Shown: positions 10,953 to 21,982, numbered from the stretch's first letter. The stretch: 42,601 nucleotides of DNA from Gallionella sp. (GCA_013141315.1 JABFRF010000120.1:1-42601), one strand, 5' to 3'. Notes: generated by a model not told the origin, from the letters alone. Numbers and translations are program-made.

Positions 10953-11399
10953 TTAAGGCTCGTTGCGATATAGCCCTGTGAGATACGGCTGAAAATAACC
11001 TTGATTGAGACGTGCAGAAATCCGTTTGGCTAAGACAAAGCCGGCAAGCAACCCCAGTATTGCACCGATGACGGCGTAACCATCCTGTTGCTCTGCGTCG
11101 TTGGCCCACACACTGCCTAACAGCGCGCCCACCAACATCAGCAGTAAAGGCAACACATACACCAAACCGATGCCGCGCAACACCACGCCCTCATCAACCG
11201 CAACAATAACGTCATCACCCAACTTGGCATGGATGGTATTTTCTACCTTGAATTGGCGTGGTGTGCTGCAAAACAACTGCCCCAGCTTGCTAGAGCCACA
11301 ACCCTTGCCTTTACATTGCTCACAACCCAAGCCCGACTCAGCTTGAATCAAGGCTTTTTCGCCCTCGATTTTGATGATTCTGGCACGCGTTTCCAGCAT
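10953..11399 (-). CDS. rseC: RseC/MucC-family protein
   Basis: CEQCKGKGCG cysteine motif, two TM helices, operon position. Confidence 0.92.
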   Translation of the reverse strand: MLETRARIIKIEGEKALIQAESGLGCEQCKGKGCGSSKLGQLFCSTPRQFKVENTIHAKLGDDVIVAVDEGVVLRGIGLVYVLPLLLMLVGALLGSVWANDAEQQDGYAVIGAILGLLAGFVLAKRISARLNQGYFQPYLTGLYRNEP

Positions 11400-11401
11400 G
11401 A

Positions 11402-12373
11402 TTACTTGCTAGTGTAGCGTATAGAGTCAAGGATTTTTGCGATGGTGCGCGGTGGCACTTCGCCAACCACGGTGTAGAGATGCTCACCCTTCACCTTATG
11501 GTACAAAGTCATTGCACCGCGATTAGATAAGCCATCAAGGTCGTCCTCGTCATGATCATTCAACTCAACAAACACTGACACGGCACTCAAGCCATCCGAA
11601 TAAACAATTTGTGTTACAGGTAGATGTTTGCCGTGCATAGGCCGCTCAAGTTCGGTAATTTTTTTAAATCCTGCAGGTAAGAAATTTACAGCCCATCCAC
11701 TGTTTAAATGTACCGGAGTTGCGGCAGCATCAACTTGCTTGGCTTTTTTACTGTCGTGAAAATTCGCAGCAACTTTCGATTTGATCCAAGCACGATCTAT
11801 CTTGCCGCCAATCTGCAATTGGGTAAACGCATATTGCTCAACGATTTTACTTTTGTCGTCTAACACGGCGGCTTTTAACAGCAAGCCGGATTCGGAATGC
11901 ACCCAAATTTTATGCGAATACAACAAAGTATCTTTGGGTTGAAACAAAATAACTTGAGCATCATAGCCCGCAACACGCTCTTTACCAGCCTGCTTGGCCT
12001 GATAATTTTCAGTCAATGCGGTGAGTTGTTGTGGCAACAAAGATGGGAATCGGCCACGACCTTGCTGACTATCCATCTGCAACATGCCATGTTCGCTAGA
12101 CAGCCATACTTGACCATCGTGGCGCAGAATCTCGCTCTTGGGACCATCCAACCCTTCAAGTCTTTCATACTCTGCGCCAGCTTCGACAATGTGGGTAATG
12201 CGCGAAGTCTCTACGTTATCGTCGTGCTGATAAACGAACACGCCGCTGTAATCCGTCTCGTGTCCTGCAAAAGCTACAGTCTTGAGCCAATTAGCACAAG
12301 TCTCGGTTTCGCCCGCAATCGCATTGGCGAGAAAAGCCAACAACAACGCCAAAACAGCACCGAAAAATCTCAT
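11402..12373 (-). CDS. rseB: sigma-E regulatory protein RseB/MucB
   Basis: YSGVFVYQ...ERLEGLDGP...YSDGLSAVSVFVE...VVGEVP. Confidence 0.95.
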   Translation of the reverse strand: MRFFGAVLALLLAFLANAIAGETETCANWLKTVAFAGHETDYSGVFVYQHDDNVETSRITHIVEAGAEYERLEGLDGPKSEILRHDGQVWLSSEHGMLQMDSQQGRGRFPSLLPQQLTALTENYQAKQAGKERVAGYDAQVILFQPKDTLLYSHKIWVHSESGLLLKAAVLDDKSKIVEQYAFTQLQIGGKIDRAWIKSKVAANFHDSKKAKQVDAAATPVHLNSGWAVNFLPAGFKKITELERPMHGKHLPVTQIVYSDGLSAVSVFVELNDHDEDDLDGLSNRGAMTLYHKVKGEHLYTVVGEVPPRTIAKILDSIRYTSK

Positions 12374-12391
12374 TTTGATTCCAAACCTAAA

Positions 12392-12910
12392 TTACTTACC
12401 GTCAACATTATAGGCAACGGTGCGAATATAAGTTGCACCGCCATTCATATCTGTACTAGGAGAAAACTCTTGATGCGCCATCAAATACTCATTCGCACTG
12501 GGCTTAAATCTCATGCTTGCCGGCGTAAGCGCCAATTGCTGGGTGGCTGTTTGCTGCATTGCTATTTGCGGTGTTGCTTGCGGGCTAATCTGCAACGACA
12601 TCCACGCAACGATACCCATTGCGGCAAGTGTTGCCGCTGCTGACAAGGCGAAGTGACGGGTCCTCTGCTGCACTAACTGCCCGCGTGGTGCCAATACAGT
12701 GGGTTCATTAACCAACCGAGCGCTTACAGCCATGCTCACGTCGGCAGGTATATGCTCAGGTTGACGCATGGCATCGCCAATCAGGTGGTAAATCGCCCAA
12801 TTTTTTTGTGCATCCGAACTTGATTTGAACTTTGCCAAACAGCTGACCGCTTCATCTTCAAATAACTCACCATCCATTAGCGAGGAAATTTCTTGTTTCA
12901 TTGCTACCAC
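12392..12910 (-). CDS. rseA: anti-sigma-E factor RseA/MucA
   Basis: ISSLMDGEL, W..YHLIGDAMR, single TM, YLMAHQEFS; start may be slightly downstream. Confidence 0.94.
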   Translation of the reverse strand: MVAMKQEISSLMDGELFEDEAVSCLAKFKSSSDAQKNWAIYHLIGDAMRQPEHIPADVSMAVSARLVNEPTVLAPRGQLVQQRTRHFALSAAATLAAMGIVAWMSLQISPQATPQIAMQQTATQQLALTPASMRFKPSANEYLMAHQEFSPSTDMNGGATYIRTVAYNVDGK

Positions 12911-13503
12911 CTGTTATCTTTACTGGTTTCCAACAATGGTCGCAGATTTTCTGCAACCGCTTCACGTGCCCTAAAAATCCTTGATCTCACCGTACCGACC
13001 GGGCAATTCATGGCACTGGCGATCTCTTCGTAGCTTAATCCCTCAATTTCACGCAGCGTCAAAGCGTTGCGCAAATCTTCGGGAAGTTGCTGTAATGATC
13101 TCTGCACTACATCGACAACTTGTTTACTCATGAGTTCATTTTCTGGCGTATTTACTTCACGGAGCAAACTTGCCTCCTCAAAGGATTCGGACTCCTCTGC
13201 GTCAAACGGGGTACTAGTGGGCGCACGGCGTTTATTGGCCAGCAGGTGATTTTTTGCAGTGTTGATGCCGATGCGATATAGCCACGTGTAAAAAGCGCTA
13301 TCGCCGCGAAAGGTAGGCAAGGCTCGATAGGCCTTGATAAACGCCTCTTGCGTCACATCTTCCACCTCGCCTGGGTCACGCACAAATCGAGAAATGAGCC
13401 GACCCAGTTTACGCTGATACTTAGTCACCAACAAATCGAAGGCGTACTTATCACCACGTTGCACTCGCTCTACTAATTGCTGATCGATTTCACGGTCTGC
13501 CAT
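12904..13503 (-). CDS. rpoE: RNA polymerase sigma factor RpoE
   Basis: DQQLVERVQRGD...FYTWLYRI...GTVRSRIFRARE; divergent from nadB. Confidence 0.98.
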   Translation of the reverse strand: MADREIDQQLVERVQRGDKYAFDLLVTKYQRKLGRLISRFVRDPGEVEDVTQEAFIKAYRALPTFRGDSAFYTWLYRIGINTAKNHLLANKRRAPTSTPFDAEESESFEEASLLREVNTPENELMSKQVVDVVQRSLQQLPEDLRNALTLREIEGLSYEEIASAMNCPVGTVRSRIFRAREAVAENLRPLLETSKDNRW

Positions 13504-13615
13504 CCCAAATTTTTCACTGTTTTGTTGACTGCTTATCTTCTCACAACCTTTATGTTTTAACCAGACAAGTAAATAGGCTATAGTCCAACCCCACCCCTAC
13601 ACACCGAGATTTAAG

Positions 13616-15199
13616 TTGCTACGTTTCGACACCCTCATCATCGGCAGCGGCCTTGCCGGATTAACGCTGGCTATCAAGCTAGCCGAGCAGCAAAAAGTCG
13701 CCATCATCACTAAAAAATCTTTATTGGATGGCGCGAGCGGTTGGGCGCAAGGTGGCATTGCCGCAGTCTTGTCTGCCGATGATTCATTGGATGCGCACGT
13801 CCAAGATACGCTAACTGCCGGCGCGGGCTTATGTGATGAAGCTGCCACGCGCTATGTGGTTGAGCACGGCAAACTATCGATTGATTGGTTAATTGAACAA
13901 GGCGTGCCTTTTACCAAAGATAGCAGCAGTGGTATGGGATATCACTTGACACGAGAAGGGGGGCATAGCCGGCGCCGCATCATACATGCAGCAGATGCCA
14001 CGGGTCATGCTGTACAAGAAACGCTCGCCACACGTGTATTGAAGCACCCCAACATCACAGTGTTGGAACACCACATGTCGGTGGACTTAATCACGAGCAA
14101 AAAACTGAACTTGCCGGGCAATTTTTGCTATGGCGTATATGCCTTGAACACCGCAAGTGATGAAGTGGTCACTATCGCCGCATCAAACACCATCTTGGCA
14201 ACGGGCGGCACCGGCAAAGTGTACCTTTACACCACCAACCCTGACACGGCGACAGGAGATGGCATTGCAATGGCCTGGCGCGCCGGGTGTCGCATCGCCA
14301 ACATGGAATTCATACAATTTCATCCCACTTGCCTGTATCACCCGCATGCAAAATCATTTTTGATTAGCGAAGCGGTTCGCGGCGAAGGAGGCATTTTGAA
14401 ATTGCCAGACGGCAAGCGTTTCATGCCCAACCATGATGAACGCGCCGAACTCGCACCGCGTGATGTGGTTGCTAGAGCCATCGACTTTGAAATGAAAAAA
14501 CATGGCTTGGATTGCGTTTATTTGGACATATCACATCAGCCCGAAAAATTTCTTCAAGAACACTTCCCCAACATTTATGCACGCTGTATGGACTTGGGTA
14601 TCGACATTAGCAAGGAAGCGATTCCCGTTGTACCTGCGGCGCATTACACCTGCGGTGGAGTGGTGGCCGATATACATGCGCGCACTGATGTGAAAAATCT
14701 TTATGCGGTCGGAGAAACTTCCTACAGCGGATTGCATGGGGCAAACCGTCTTGCCAGCAATTCGCTTTTGGAGTGCTTAGTGTTTGCCGATGCAGCCGTT
14801 AAAGATATTTTAAGCAAGCCCCGACAAAATATTCCAAAGCTACCTGCTTGGGATGAAAGCCGCGTTACCGATGCCGATGAACAAATTGTCATCTCACATA
14901 ACTGGGCAGAACTGCGTCACTTCATGTGGGACTATGTGGGTATAGTTCGTACCAATAAGCGCTTGCAACGCGCGCAACATCGCATTCAATTATTGCAAGA
15001 TGAAATCAACGAATATTACGCCAATTTTCACATCAGCTCGGATTTGCTTGAGTTGCGCAATCTTGTGATGAACGCCGAGTTGATCGTACAAAGCGCCCTG
15101 TTACGCCACGAAAGTCGCGGGTTACATTCCAGCAAAGACTATCCTGATTTGCAAACCAATCCGCAGCCAACCATCCTCACACCCGGCAACTATCGCTAG
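13616..15199 (+). CDS. nadB: L-aspartate oxidase
   Basis: GSGLAG FAD motif, [22 protein letters not shown]; TTG start. Confidence 0.98.
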   Translation: MLRFDTLIIGSGLAGLTLAIKLAEQQKVAIITKKSLLDGASGWAQGGIAAVLSADDSLDAHVQDTLTAGAGLCDEAATRYVVEHGKLSIDWLIEQGVPFTKDSSSGMGYHLTREGGHSRRRIIHAADATGHAVQETLATRVLKHPNITVLEHHMSVDLITSKKLNLPGNFCYGVYALNTASDEVVTIAASNTILATGGTGKVYLYTTNPDTATGDGIAMAWRAGCRIANMEFIQFHPTCLYHPHAKSFLISEAVRGEGGILKLPDGKRFMPNHDERAELAPRDVVARAIDFEMKKHGLDCVYLDISHQPEKFLQEHFPNIYARCMDLGIDISKEAIPVVPAAHYTCGGVVADIHARTDVKNLYAVGETSYSGLHGANRLASNSLLECLVFADAAVKDILSKPRQNIPKLPAWDESRVTDADEQIVISHNWAELRHFMWDYVGIVRTNKRLQRAQHRIQLLQDEINEYYANFHISSDLLELRNLVMNAELIVQSALLRHESRGLHSSKDYPDLQTNPQPTILTPGNYR

Positions 15200-15633
15200 C
15201 GCGGATATTTCAGATAAACACACAGCTCACGAAATGCTTCGGAAGGCAGCGCATCCCGGAATATCACACGAGCCGTGTTGAAGCGATAGCCATCAAACCT
15301 GACTAATAATATAACGAAATGGCTAAACACCATTCCGCAATCGACCAACTGCCCAGTCAGGGTTGAACCGTCACCCATACCAACCGCTATGTCACGGCGA
15401 TTCAGTGTGATCTCACGCCAGGAATGAGAGTGTCGAAGCCAAACAAGACTTGGCAAGCAATATGCAAAATTCGACAGCATCAGTACCAGCAATATCCATT
15501 TCATTTCCCATCGCATATTGGTCACATATACCAGAGTCGCACTACCAACAAGCATAACCATCATCAATCCGGCAAAATAGCGGGAAGATTTAATCGCGCA
15601 TTGCCATGTTAAATGTCCCGCTTTGGAAAGCAT
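15196..15633 (-). CDS. YgfX/CptA-like membrane protein
   Basis: Two N-terminal TM helices, C-terminal [12 protein letters not shown] motif; convergent with nadB. Confidence 0.7.
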   Translation of the reverse strand: MLSKAGHLTWQCAIKSSRYFAGLMMVMLVGSATLVYVTNMRWEMKWILLVLMLSNFAYCLPSLVWLRHSHSWREITLNRRDIAVGMGDGSTLTGQLVDCGMVFSHFVILLVRFDGYRFNTARVIFRDALPSEAFRELCVYLKYPR

Positions 15634-15662
15634 GCCACTGTAGGAAATACGTGGTATCGAAG

Positions 15663-16880
15663 CTATAAGACAAAAATTGAAATGGCGCCAATCAATACCA
15701 GCAGCAGTATCATCAGTAACAAAAATCCGCCGCTGGCGGTTTGAGCTGAGGGGTCTACCCAGCTTTTGTGCTTGACGGGTTGCAATGCCTTGGCTTTCAA
15801 ACCAGCTTGCTTAATGGCTTCCGCGCTAGGGCGCTCCATTTGCAGCGTCTTGGACAATTCATCCACATCGGTATCATTCGATGTTAACGCAGCCAAACGC
15901 ATCGTTGCAGCGGCGGAATCAAACGCCTGTGACAAGACCATCTGTGACGTTGTGCGCGCCGCCTCTTCATTCGCATCCATACGCGCTGTAATATCAAAGG
16001 CATCAGGTAATTTCCGCTCACCACCCAATTTTGAGAAGTCGACTTTCAGCCCTGAACGGGGAAGCATGTCACGACATGAACGCAGATCATCAGCAAAATC
16101 TTTAGCATCTTGATAACGATCATCCAAGCCTTTTGAAAGTGCCTTCGCCACGATAAAATTGACCATCTCCGGCACTGAACCATTCAAGGTGTTCGGCGGC
16201 GAAGGAATAGTATTCAAGGTTTGATACATGATGGCATTAACATTATCGCCAGTGAACGGTGCTTGCCCTGTCAACATTTCGTAGAGCATCACGCCTAAGG
16301 AAAAAATATCCGAACGCTGATCGATCAGCTTTCCCATCACCTGCTCCGGTGACATATATTTAGGCGAACCCAACACCATGCCAGTTTGTGTACGCACCGA
16401 AGACGATGCCATACGCGCAATACCAAAATCAGTAATTTTTACGTGCCCATCTCGTACTACCATGATATTCGAAGGTTTGACATCTCGGTGTACGATGCCA
16501 TTTTCATGCGCATAAGCCAATCCGGAAGCCACCTGTGCCACTATATCCAATATCTGATGAACGGGCAGCAACCCCTCGTCATTCATGATGTCGCGCAACT
16601 CGCGCCCTTCCAAAAACTCCATTGCGATATAAGCAACTTCGTCATTTCTACCCACGTCGTAAATCGTGACGATATTGGGATGGCTTAATCGACCGGCAGC
16701 CTTAGCCTCTTGATAGAAGCGGCCTTCATACTCTTCTTTTTCATCCAGTGCCAAGCCAAGATTGATGGTCTTAATAGCAACAATACGGTCAATAAGCGGA
16801 TCTTTGGCTTTATAGACTACCCCCATCGCCCCTTGGCCAAGCTCACTAAGCACCTCATAGCGTCCCAATTGGCTAATCAT
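15663..16880 (-). CDS. Hanks-type Ser/Thr protein kinase with C-terminal membrane anchor
   Basis: LGQGAMGVVY, VAIK, HRDVKPSN, DFGIAR, YMSPEQ; hydrophobic C-terminus. Confidence 0.96.
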   Translation of the reverse strand: MISQLGRYEVLSELGQGAMGVVYKAKDPLIDRIVAIKTINLGLALDEKEEYEGRFYQEAKAAGRLSHPNIVTIYDVGRNDEVAYIAMEFLEGRELRDIMNDEGLLPVHQILDIVAQVASGLAYAHENGIVHRDVKPSNIMVVRDGHVKITDFGIARMASSSVRTQTGMVLGSPKYMSPEQVMGKLIDQRSDIFSLGVMLYEMLTGQAPFTGDNVNAIMYQTLNTIPSPPNTLNGSVPEMVNFIVAKALSKGLDDRYQDAKDFADDLRSCRDMLPRSGLKVDFSKLGGERKLPDAFDITARMDANEEAARTTSQMVLSQAFDSAAATMRLAALTSNDTDVDELSKTLQMERPSAEAIKQAGLKAKALQPVKHKSWVDPSAQTASGGFLLLMILLLVLIGAISIFVL

Positions 16881-16930
16881 TGCGTACGTCCAAACAGATT
16901 TTTAGTAGTGTCATCATCTGAACAGCACAT

Positions 16931-18292
16931 CTATTTCTCATTGCAAAATCCCGGATTAACCGCAACCGTTGATCCTGATTTGAATTTTATAAACTTCCAA
17001 TCCATTCCTTTTGCGTGACTCACGATAACCAAATGTCGGCCAGGCACAACTGGCACCAACAAGGACGCGCCATTCAATTTGCCTTTACGCGTTCCATCAA
17101 TGAATACTTCGGTACCCTCAAGGCATGATACCGAGAGACTGGTGCCTTGGTTACCCTCAGCTTGCTTATCTACATCCGAGCTGTAATCAAAAGCTGCCTG
17201 ACCGGCTGCGCCAGTCTCTTTAGCAGGCAATGCCGCCACATCATTATTTTGCACTGCTTCTGTCGTTGCCGAAGTTTCATTGACTACAGGCTGTTTATGT
17301 TCCGCTTCAAAAACAGGTTGAAGATTCTTGGGCTTCTTCTTTTCCACTGAGCCTTTTTTGGCTACTGGGGATTCGACCGGCGGCACAACAGCTTCAGTAG
17401 TCCCGGGCTGAATTTCCGTAACCACGATAGGCGCGGATGCTGGCAATAAAACTATGGATTTAGATTGAGGTACTACCGATGACTTGGCAGTATTGTCTGT
17501 TGGTGCAACAGAAACCGCCCCACCCAGCAATTTCTCTTCAAAGACTTCCAATATACCCAACAATACGATCACAATGACCAGTGCAGATAACACGCGCTTC
17601 ACCGGACCGGCTTCGGAAAATCCCTGCAACAAGTTCGCATGCAAGAATTTCACTCCCAGAAAAGCGGGGCGCAGGCTGGTTCGCGTGCTGTCCAAAGCTT
17701 TGGACAAAATCCGTTTGGATTGCTTATTTAATTTAGGGTTGGTTTTTTCACCGGGATAACCGATCGCGTAAACTTCATGTTCACGCACATGTTTGTCCGT
17801 GCGCGACCCCTGGTAATGAAACATGCCTGCATATTGCGGCGAAAGTCGCGACACTGCATCATAGTAAGAACGTGACACCAATATCTGACTAGCCTCGGCA
17901 AAGCCCATCACACGCTGCGCAACATTGATGCCATCACCCACGATGTTAGGTTGACCATTGATATCTCTAACGAGGCGCACCGGGCCAAGGTTGATGCCCA
18001 TACGCACCAACAGAGGATGATTTAAATTGGGATCCTCATTGAGCAGACTCTCACGCAGACTAAGCGCAGCTTTGAGTGCATCTTCAATATCACCTAGAAA
18101 GTTAATCGCAGCACCGTCACCGGTATCCAAAATAATACGATCAGTAATCGGCACGTCTCGAATAGCCGCCGACAGATAGCTATTAAATCTATCTTTGAGC
18201 GATATTTGTCCAGTCACTGACTTCTTGGAGTAGCCAACTATATCCAAGAAGAACACGCTGCACATTACGGTCTTATTATCGAGTTCTTCCAT
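16931..18292 (-). CDS. class III nucleotidyl cyclase with TM helix, low-complexity linker and PEGA-like C-terminal domain
   Basis: FLDIVGYS, TGDG, RMGINLGPV, VGDGINVAQR; C-terminal EVFIDG..KG...PGRHLVIV. Confidence 0.88.
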   Translation of the reverse strand: MEELDNKTVMCSVFFLDIVGYSKKSVTGQISLKDRFNSYLSAAIRDVPITDRIILDTGDGAAINFLGDIEDALKAALSLRESLLNEDPNLNHPLLVRMGINLGPVRLVRDINGQPNIVGDGINVAQRVMGFAEASQILVSRSYYDAVSRLSPQYAGMFHYQGSRTDKHVREHEVYAIGYPGEKTNPKLNKQSKRILSKALDSTRTSLRPAFLGVKFLHANLLQGFSEAGPVKRVLSALVIVIVLLGILEVFEEKLLGGAVSVAPTDNTAKSSVVPQSKSIVLLPASAPIVVTEIQPGTTEAVVPPVESPVAKKGSVEKKKPKNLQPVFEAEHKQPVVNETSATTEAVQNNDVAALPAKETGAAGQAAFDYSSDVDKQAEGNQGTSLSVSCLEGTEVFIDGTRKGKLNGASLLVPVVPGRHLVIVSHAKGMDWKFIKFKSGSTVAVNPGFCNEK

Positions 18293-18381
18293 TCAAATTT
18301 CCAGCTGTCGGATTTACCGAACCTCACAATATCTTGGCAGCATCTTTTCGCCGCGTTTAACTAATCAGATTCTAGTAGCAC

Positions 18382-19269
18382 TCAACGCTTTACACCAGTT
18401 CTACTTTTTGTTGCGCGAGGTGCAATTGCACGTCTAACAGGTTTTGCTTTAGCGGCTGGTAGCGGCTCATTATATGCTGGCGCTGGTGTTTGATTTGCAT
18501 CTGGCACATCAGCACTTATCCCATCCACTTCACTCAACCAAGTCAGTATTTGCGACACTTCACCGTCACCTAATTCTGCAGTCATACCGCGCTTCAAACG
18601 CGGAGGCAAATTGACGATCCCAAAGCGCACGCGTATCAACCTACTCACAGGCAAACCCAATGCGTCAAAGGTACGCCGCACTACACGGTTGCGCCCTTCC
18701 TTCAACATCACCCGATACCAATGGTTAAAGCCTTCCCCACCATGATCTTCAAGCTTTTCAAACTTCACTAAGCCATCTTCCAGCTGTACGCCTAGCTTAA
18801 TTGCTTGCTCAATCTGCGCTTCAGTCATTTTACCTTGCACGCGCACGGCGTATTCGCGCTCGACTTCAAAGCGCGGATGCATCAAACGATTGGCCAATTC
18901 ACCCGAAGTGGTAAAAATCAACAACCCGCTAGTATTAAAATCTAAACGTCCTATCGCAATCCACTTTTGTCCGCGCAATTTGGGCAATTTATCGAACACA
19001 CTGACACGTTTTTCGGGATCATCACGACTGACAATTTCACCTTCAGGTTTGTGGTAAAGCAACACTCGCGCAGCTTGGTCTCGTTCGCCTACCCGTATAG
19101 TGCGACGCTCTGCCTTCACCAAGTCACCTTCAATTACACGCATACCTAACGTAGCTGGCTCGCCGTTGACGATGACGCGCCCTTCAGCTATCCACGCTTC
19201 CATCATGCGGCGTGAACCTAGCCCAGCTTGAGCGAGTACCTTTTGTAACTTTTCGCCTTGCTCATTCAT
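18382..19269 (-). CDS. rluB: 23S rRNA pseudouridine synthase RluB
   Basis: S4 domain EKLQKVLAQAGLGSRR, GRLDFNTSGL; ATG 19269 preceded by AGGA. Confidence 0.92.
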   Translation of the reverse strand: MNEQGEKLQKVLAQAGLGSRRMMEAWIAEGRVIVNGEPATLGMRVIEGDLVKAERRTIRVGERDQAARVLLYHKPEGEIVSRDDPEKRVSVFDKLPKLRGQKWIAIGRLDFNTSGLLIFTTSGELANRLMHPRFEVEREYAVRVQGKMTEAQIEQAIKLGVQLEDGLVKFEKLEDHGGEGFNHWYRVMLKEGRNRVVRRTFDALGLPVSRLIRVRFGIVNLPPRLKRGMTAELGDGEVSQILTWLSEVDGISADVPDANQTPAPAYNEPLPAAKAKPVRRAIAPRATKSRTGVKR

Positions 19270-19318
19270 AAACAGTCCTATACCGCGTGATGCCTTACGA
19301 AAGCCACATGGCAATCTT

Positions 19319-19912
19319 TCATGCTGCAATCCTTCTTCGTTCTAACAATGCTTGCGCCAGCGTACCGCTATCCACTTGCTCTAACTCACATCCCACAGGC
19401 AAACCGCGTGCAATACGCGAAACGCTGATTCCTTGAGCTTGCAACAGTGCCGACAGATAATGCGCCGTCGCATCCCCTTCAACTGTAAAGTTCGTTGCCA
19501 AAATCACTTCACAAGTTTGTTCTAGAGCTCTCTTGACCAGCCTATCGAGATTTAGTTCTTTCGCACCGATGCCATCCAATGGCGACAGCTTGCCCATCAA
19601 CACAAAATAATGCCCGCGATAACACTGCGCTTGCTCCATCATCAACAAATCTGCGGGCATTTCCACCACACATAACATGCTGATATCGCGCTTAGGTGAA
19701 GCGCATAAGTCACAGATTTCCGTTTCAGAAAAGTTATTGCACTTAGCGCAATGCTTAACATTAGTCGTCGCTTGCTCTAGTGCTCTTGCCAAATTCAATG
19801 CACCACCCCGATCACGCTGCATCAGATGATACGTCATACGCTGCGCAGACTTTGGCCCCACGCCTGGCAAGCAGCGCAATGCTTCAATCAATTGTTCTAA
19901 ATGAGATGGCAT
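19319..19912 (-). CDS. recR: recombination mediator RecR
   Basis: [12 protein letters not shown]4 zinc finger, Toprim. Confidence 0.98.
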   Translation of the reverse strand: MPSHLEQLIEALRCLPGVGPKSAQRMTYHLMQRDRGGALNLARALEQATTNVKHCAKCNNFSETEICDLCASPKRDISMLCVVEMPADLLMMEQAQCYRGHYFVLMGKLSPLDGIGAKELNLDRLVKRALEQTCEVILATNFTVEGDATAHYLSALLQAQGISVSRIARGLPVGCELEQVDSGTLAQALLERRRIAA

Positions 19913-19914
19913 AA

Positions 19915-20053
19915 GGGTGTACCTAAAAATTCAAGTTTCTAAACCAGGCAAGGAGCAAACAAAAAATTGCGACGACGCATATTTTTAATGTTAGGAGTAA
20001 TTTTTTGTGAGCAACACAGCATAGCGACGAAAGTTGGATTTTTAGGGATTGCC
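19915..20053. mobile_element. 139-bp MITE-like element filling the ybaB-recR intergenic region
   Basis: Imperfect TIRs GGGTGTACCTAAAAATTCAAGTTTC / GGCAATCCCTAAAAATCCAACTTTC (rc), flanked by TAA / TTA; inner inverted repeat ACAAAAAATT...AATTTTTTGT. Confidence 0.7.
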
Positions 20054-20374
20054 TTAGAATGGAAGTTTCATTCCAGGCGGTAACCCAGCACTAAAACCAC
20101 CCATGCGTTGCTGAGAAGTGGCTTCTGCTTTCTTCATCGCATCGTTGAGCGCCAAAACAATTAAATCTTCCAGCATTTCTTTGTCATCACTCAGCAAACT
20201 GTCATCTAGCGACACGCGACGCACCTCATGCGCGCAAGTCATCGTCACTTTAACCATGCCCGAACCCGCCGAACCTTCAACTTCTACCGTTGCCAACTCC
20301 GCTTGCACCTTCTGCATATTCTGCTGCATGAGTTGTGCTTGCTTCATCATCCCGCCCAAGCCGCCCTTCATCAT
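20054..20374 (-). CDS. ybaB: YbaB/EbfC nucleoid-associated protein
   Basis: MMKQAQ.MQ...[14 protein letters not shown]...EMLEDL; dnaX-ybaB-recR synteny. Confidence 0.96.
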   Translation of the reverse strand: MMKGGLGGMMKQAQLMQQNMQKVQAELATVEVEGSAGSGMVKVTMTCAHEVRRVSLDDSLLSDDKEMLEDLIVLALNDAMKKAEATSQQRMGGFSAGLPPGMKLPF

Positions 20375-20392
20375 TTTTTCATTCTCCTAAAT

Positions 20393-21982
20393 TTATTGTA
20401 TGGGTTTAATCGAATCTGCAACCAAGCTAGCGCCCAACTCGCGCTGCGCTTCAATCACAAAATCATCCTGCGTAATCGCATCATTTGCTTGCTGTTGTTT
20501 GAGTTGTTTGGTCTGCTGCTCCACTACTGCTGGTGTAGCCACATCCCCTTTACCCAAGACAATATTCAGCTTAATCGGCTTGGCAAAGTATTCACTCAAC
20601 GCTTGCTGCAACTTATCGCTCGCCATTTTAGTTTGCGAGTGCTTAAGTTCATGCGACAAGCGCAATGTAATTTGCCCATCTGAAAAATTTTCTAACACGC
20701 AATTTTTTGCCAGTTGCAATGCCATACTCTGCACATTGAGCTGAGCTAGCAACACCGTCCAATCGGGCATCCCAACCATCTCAACCTTATTCACTGCAAC
20801 GAAAGCTTGCGCCGGTTTGTCGATTGCAGACTTTTCAATATCAATATACTGAGCGACCGATGGCTGAACTACCAATACTTGGCGCGCCATTTCTTTTTCC
20901 GGCTTGAACGCCAACATGCGCAGCAAGGTCATTGTGAATCCAGCATACTCGTCAGGTGCTAAATTAATTTCGCCACGTCCATGAATCGCGATTTGATAGT
21001 ACAACTGCACTTCTTCTGCACCTAACGACTGAGCTAACTCAAGTAACCGCTCACGCTCCGGTTCATCTTCAGCAATTGCTTGCGGAACGGATTGAGCCAA
21101 AGCAATACGGTGCAGCAATGCCGCCAACTCCTGCAAAGCAGTGTCGAATAAAACGCTACGGGTTGCCATGCTATCGGCGATGGCGAGCAGCTGTTGGCCA
21201 TTTTTTTCATGCAGTGCAAACAACAAATCGAACAAATAACTTTGATCAATTGCACCCAACATGGTCGCTACCACAGCATTTTCCACCGTACCCGCAGAGA
21301 ATGCGATGGCCTGATCCATCAAGCTTAATGCATCGCGCATACTGCCCTGTGCGGCTCGTGCAATTAAATTTAATGCGGTTAACTCAAAGGTTATTTTTTC
21401 TTGCTCGAGCACATATTGCAAATGTGCAGCAATTAAACCAGGCGACAATTGCTTCAAATTAAATTGCAGGCAACGCGACAATACGGTGACAGGGATTTTC
21501 TGCGGATCAGTTGTGGCTAAAATGAATTTAACGTGGCTAGGTGGCTCTTCCAAAGTCTTCAACATCGCATTGAACGCTGACTTGGAAAGCATGTGTACTT
21601 CGTCGATGATATAGACTTTGAAACGCCCACTACTCGGCGCATACAGCGCACTTTCAAGTAGCTCACGCATGTTATCCACTTGCGTGTTCGATGCGGCATC
21701 CAATTCAATCAAATCAACGAATCGGCCACTGTCAATTTCTTTGCAAGCAAAGCACACACCACAAGGTGTAGCGGTAATGCCAGTTTCGCAATTTAACGAT
21801 TTAGCATAAATACGTGCGATGGTAGTTTTGCCAACACCACGTGTACCGGTAAACAAATAGGCATGATGCAGACGATTTTGCGTCAGCGCATTGGTTAACG
21901 CACGAACCACATGCTCCTGCCCAGCAAGCTGCGCAAAAGTCTTAGGCCGCCACTTGCGCGCCAGAACGGTTGTGGATGACAA
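20393..21982 (-). CDS. dnaX: DNA polymerase III subunit gamma/tau
   Basis: VLARKWRP, GTRGVGKTT, IDEVHML, SRC; TTG 21982 best matches the usual N-terminus (ORF track extends to 22048). Confidence 0.97.
   Translation of the reverse strand: MSSTTVLARKWRPKTFAQLAGQEHVVRALTNALTQNRLHHAYLFTGTRGVGKTTIARIYAKSLNCETGITATPCGVCFACKEIDSGRFVDLIELDAASNTQVDNMRELLESALYAPSSGRFKVYIIDEVHMLSKSAFNAMLKTLEEPPSHVKFILATTDPQKIPVTVLSRCLQFNLKQLSPGLIAAHLQYVLEQEKITFELTALNLIARAAQGSMRDALSLMDQAIAFSAGTVENAVVATMLGAIDQSYLFDLLFALHEKNGQQLLAIADSMATRSVLFDTALQELAALLHRIALAQSVPQAIAEDEPERERLLELAQSLGAEEVQLYYQIAIHGRGEINLAPDEYAGFTMTLLRMLAFKPEKEMARQVLVVQPSVAQYIDIEKSAIDKPAQAFVAVNKVEMVGMPDWTVLLAQLNVQSMALQLAKNCVLENFSDGQITLRLSHELKHSQTKMASDKLQQALSEYFAKPIKLNIVLGKGDVATPAVVEQQTKQLKQQQANDAITQDDFVIEAQRELGASLVADSIKPIQ

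Noticed and set aside
11897-12643. 248-aa plus-strand ORF and other antisense ORFs in the track
   Set aside because: Shadow frames of well-supported genes on the opposite strand
13504-13625. Sigma-E autoregulatory promoter of rpoE
   Set aside because: A CAACTT-like -35 is present but no matching -10 at correct spacing could be identified
20393-21982. Programmed -1 frameshift in dnaX
   Set aside because: No A-AAA-AAG heptamer found at the expected position; the A-runs seen lie within conserved domains
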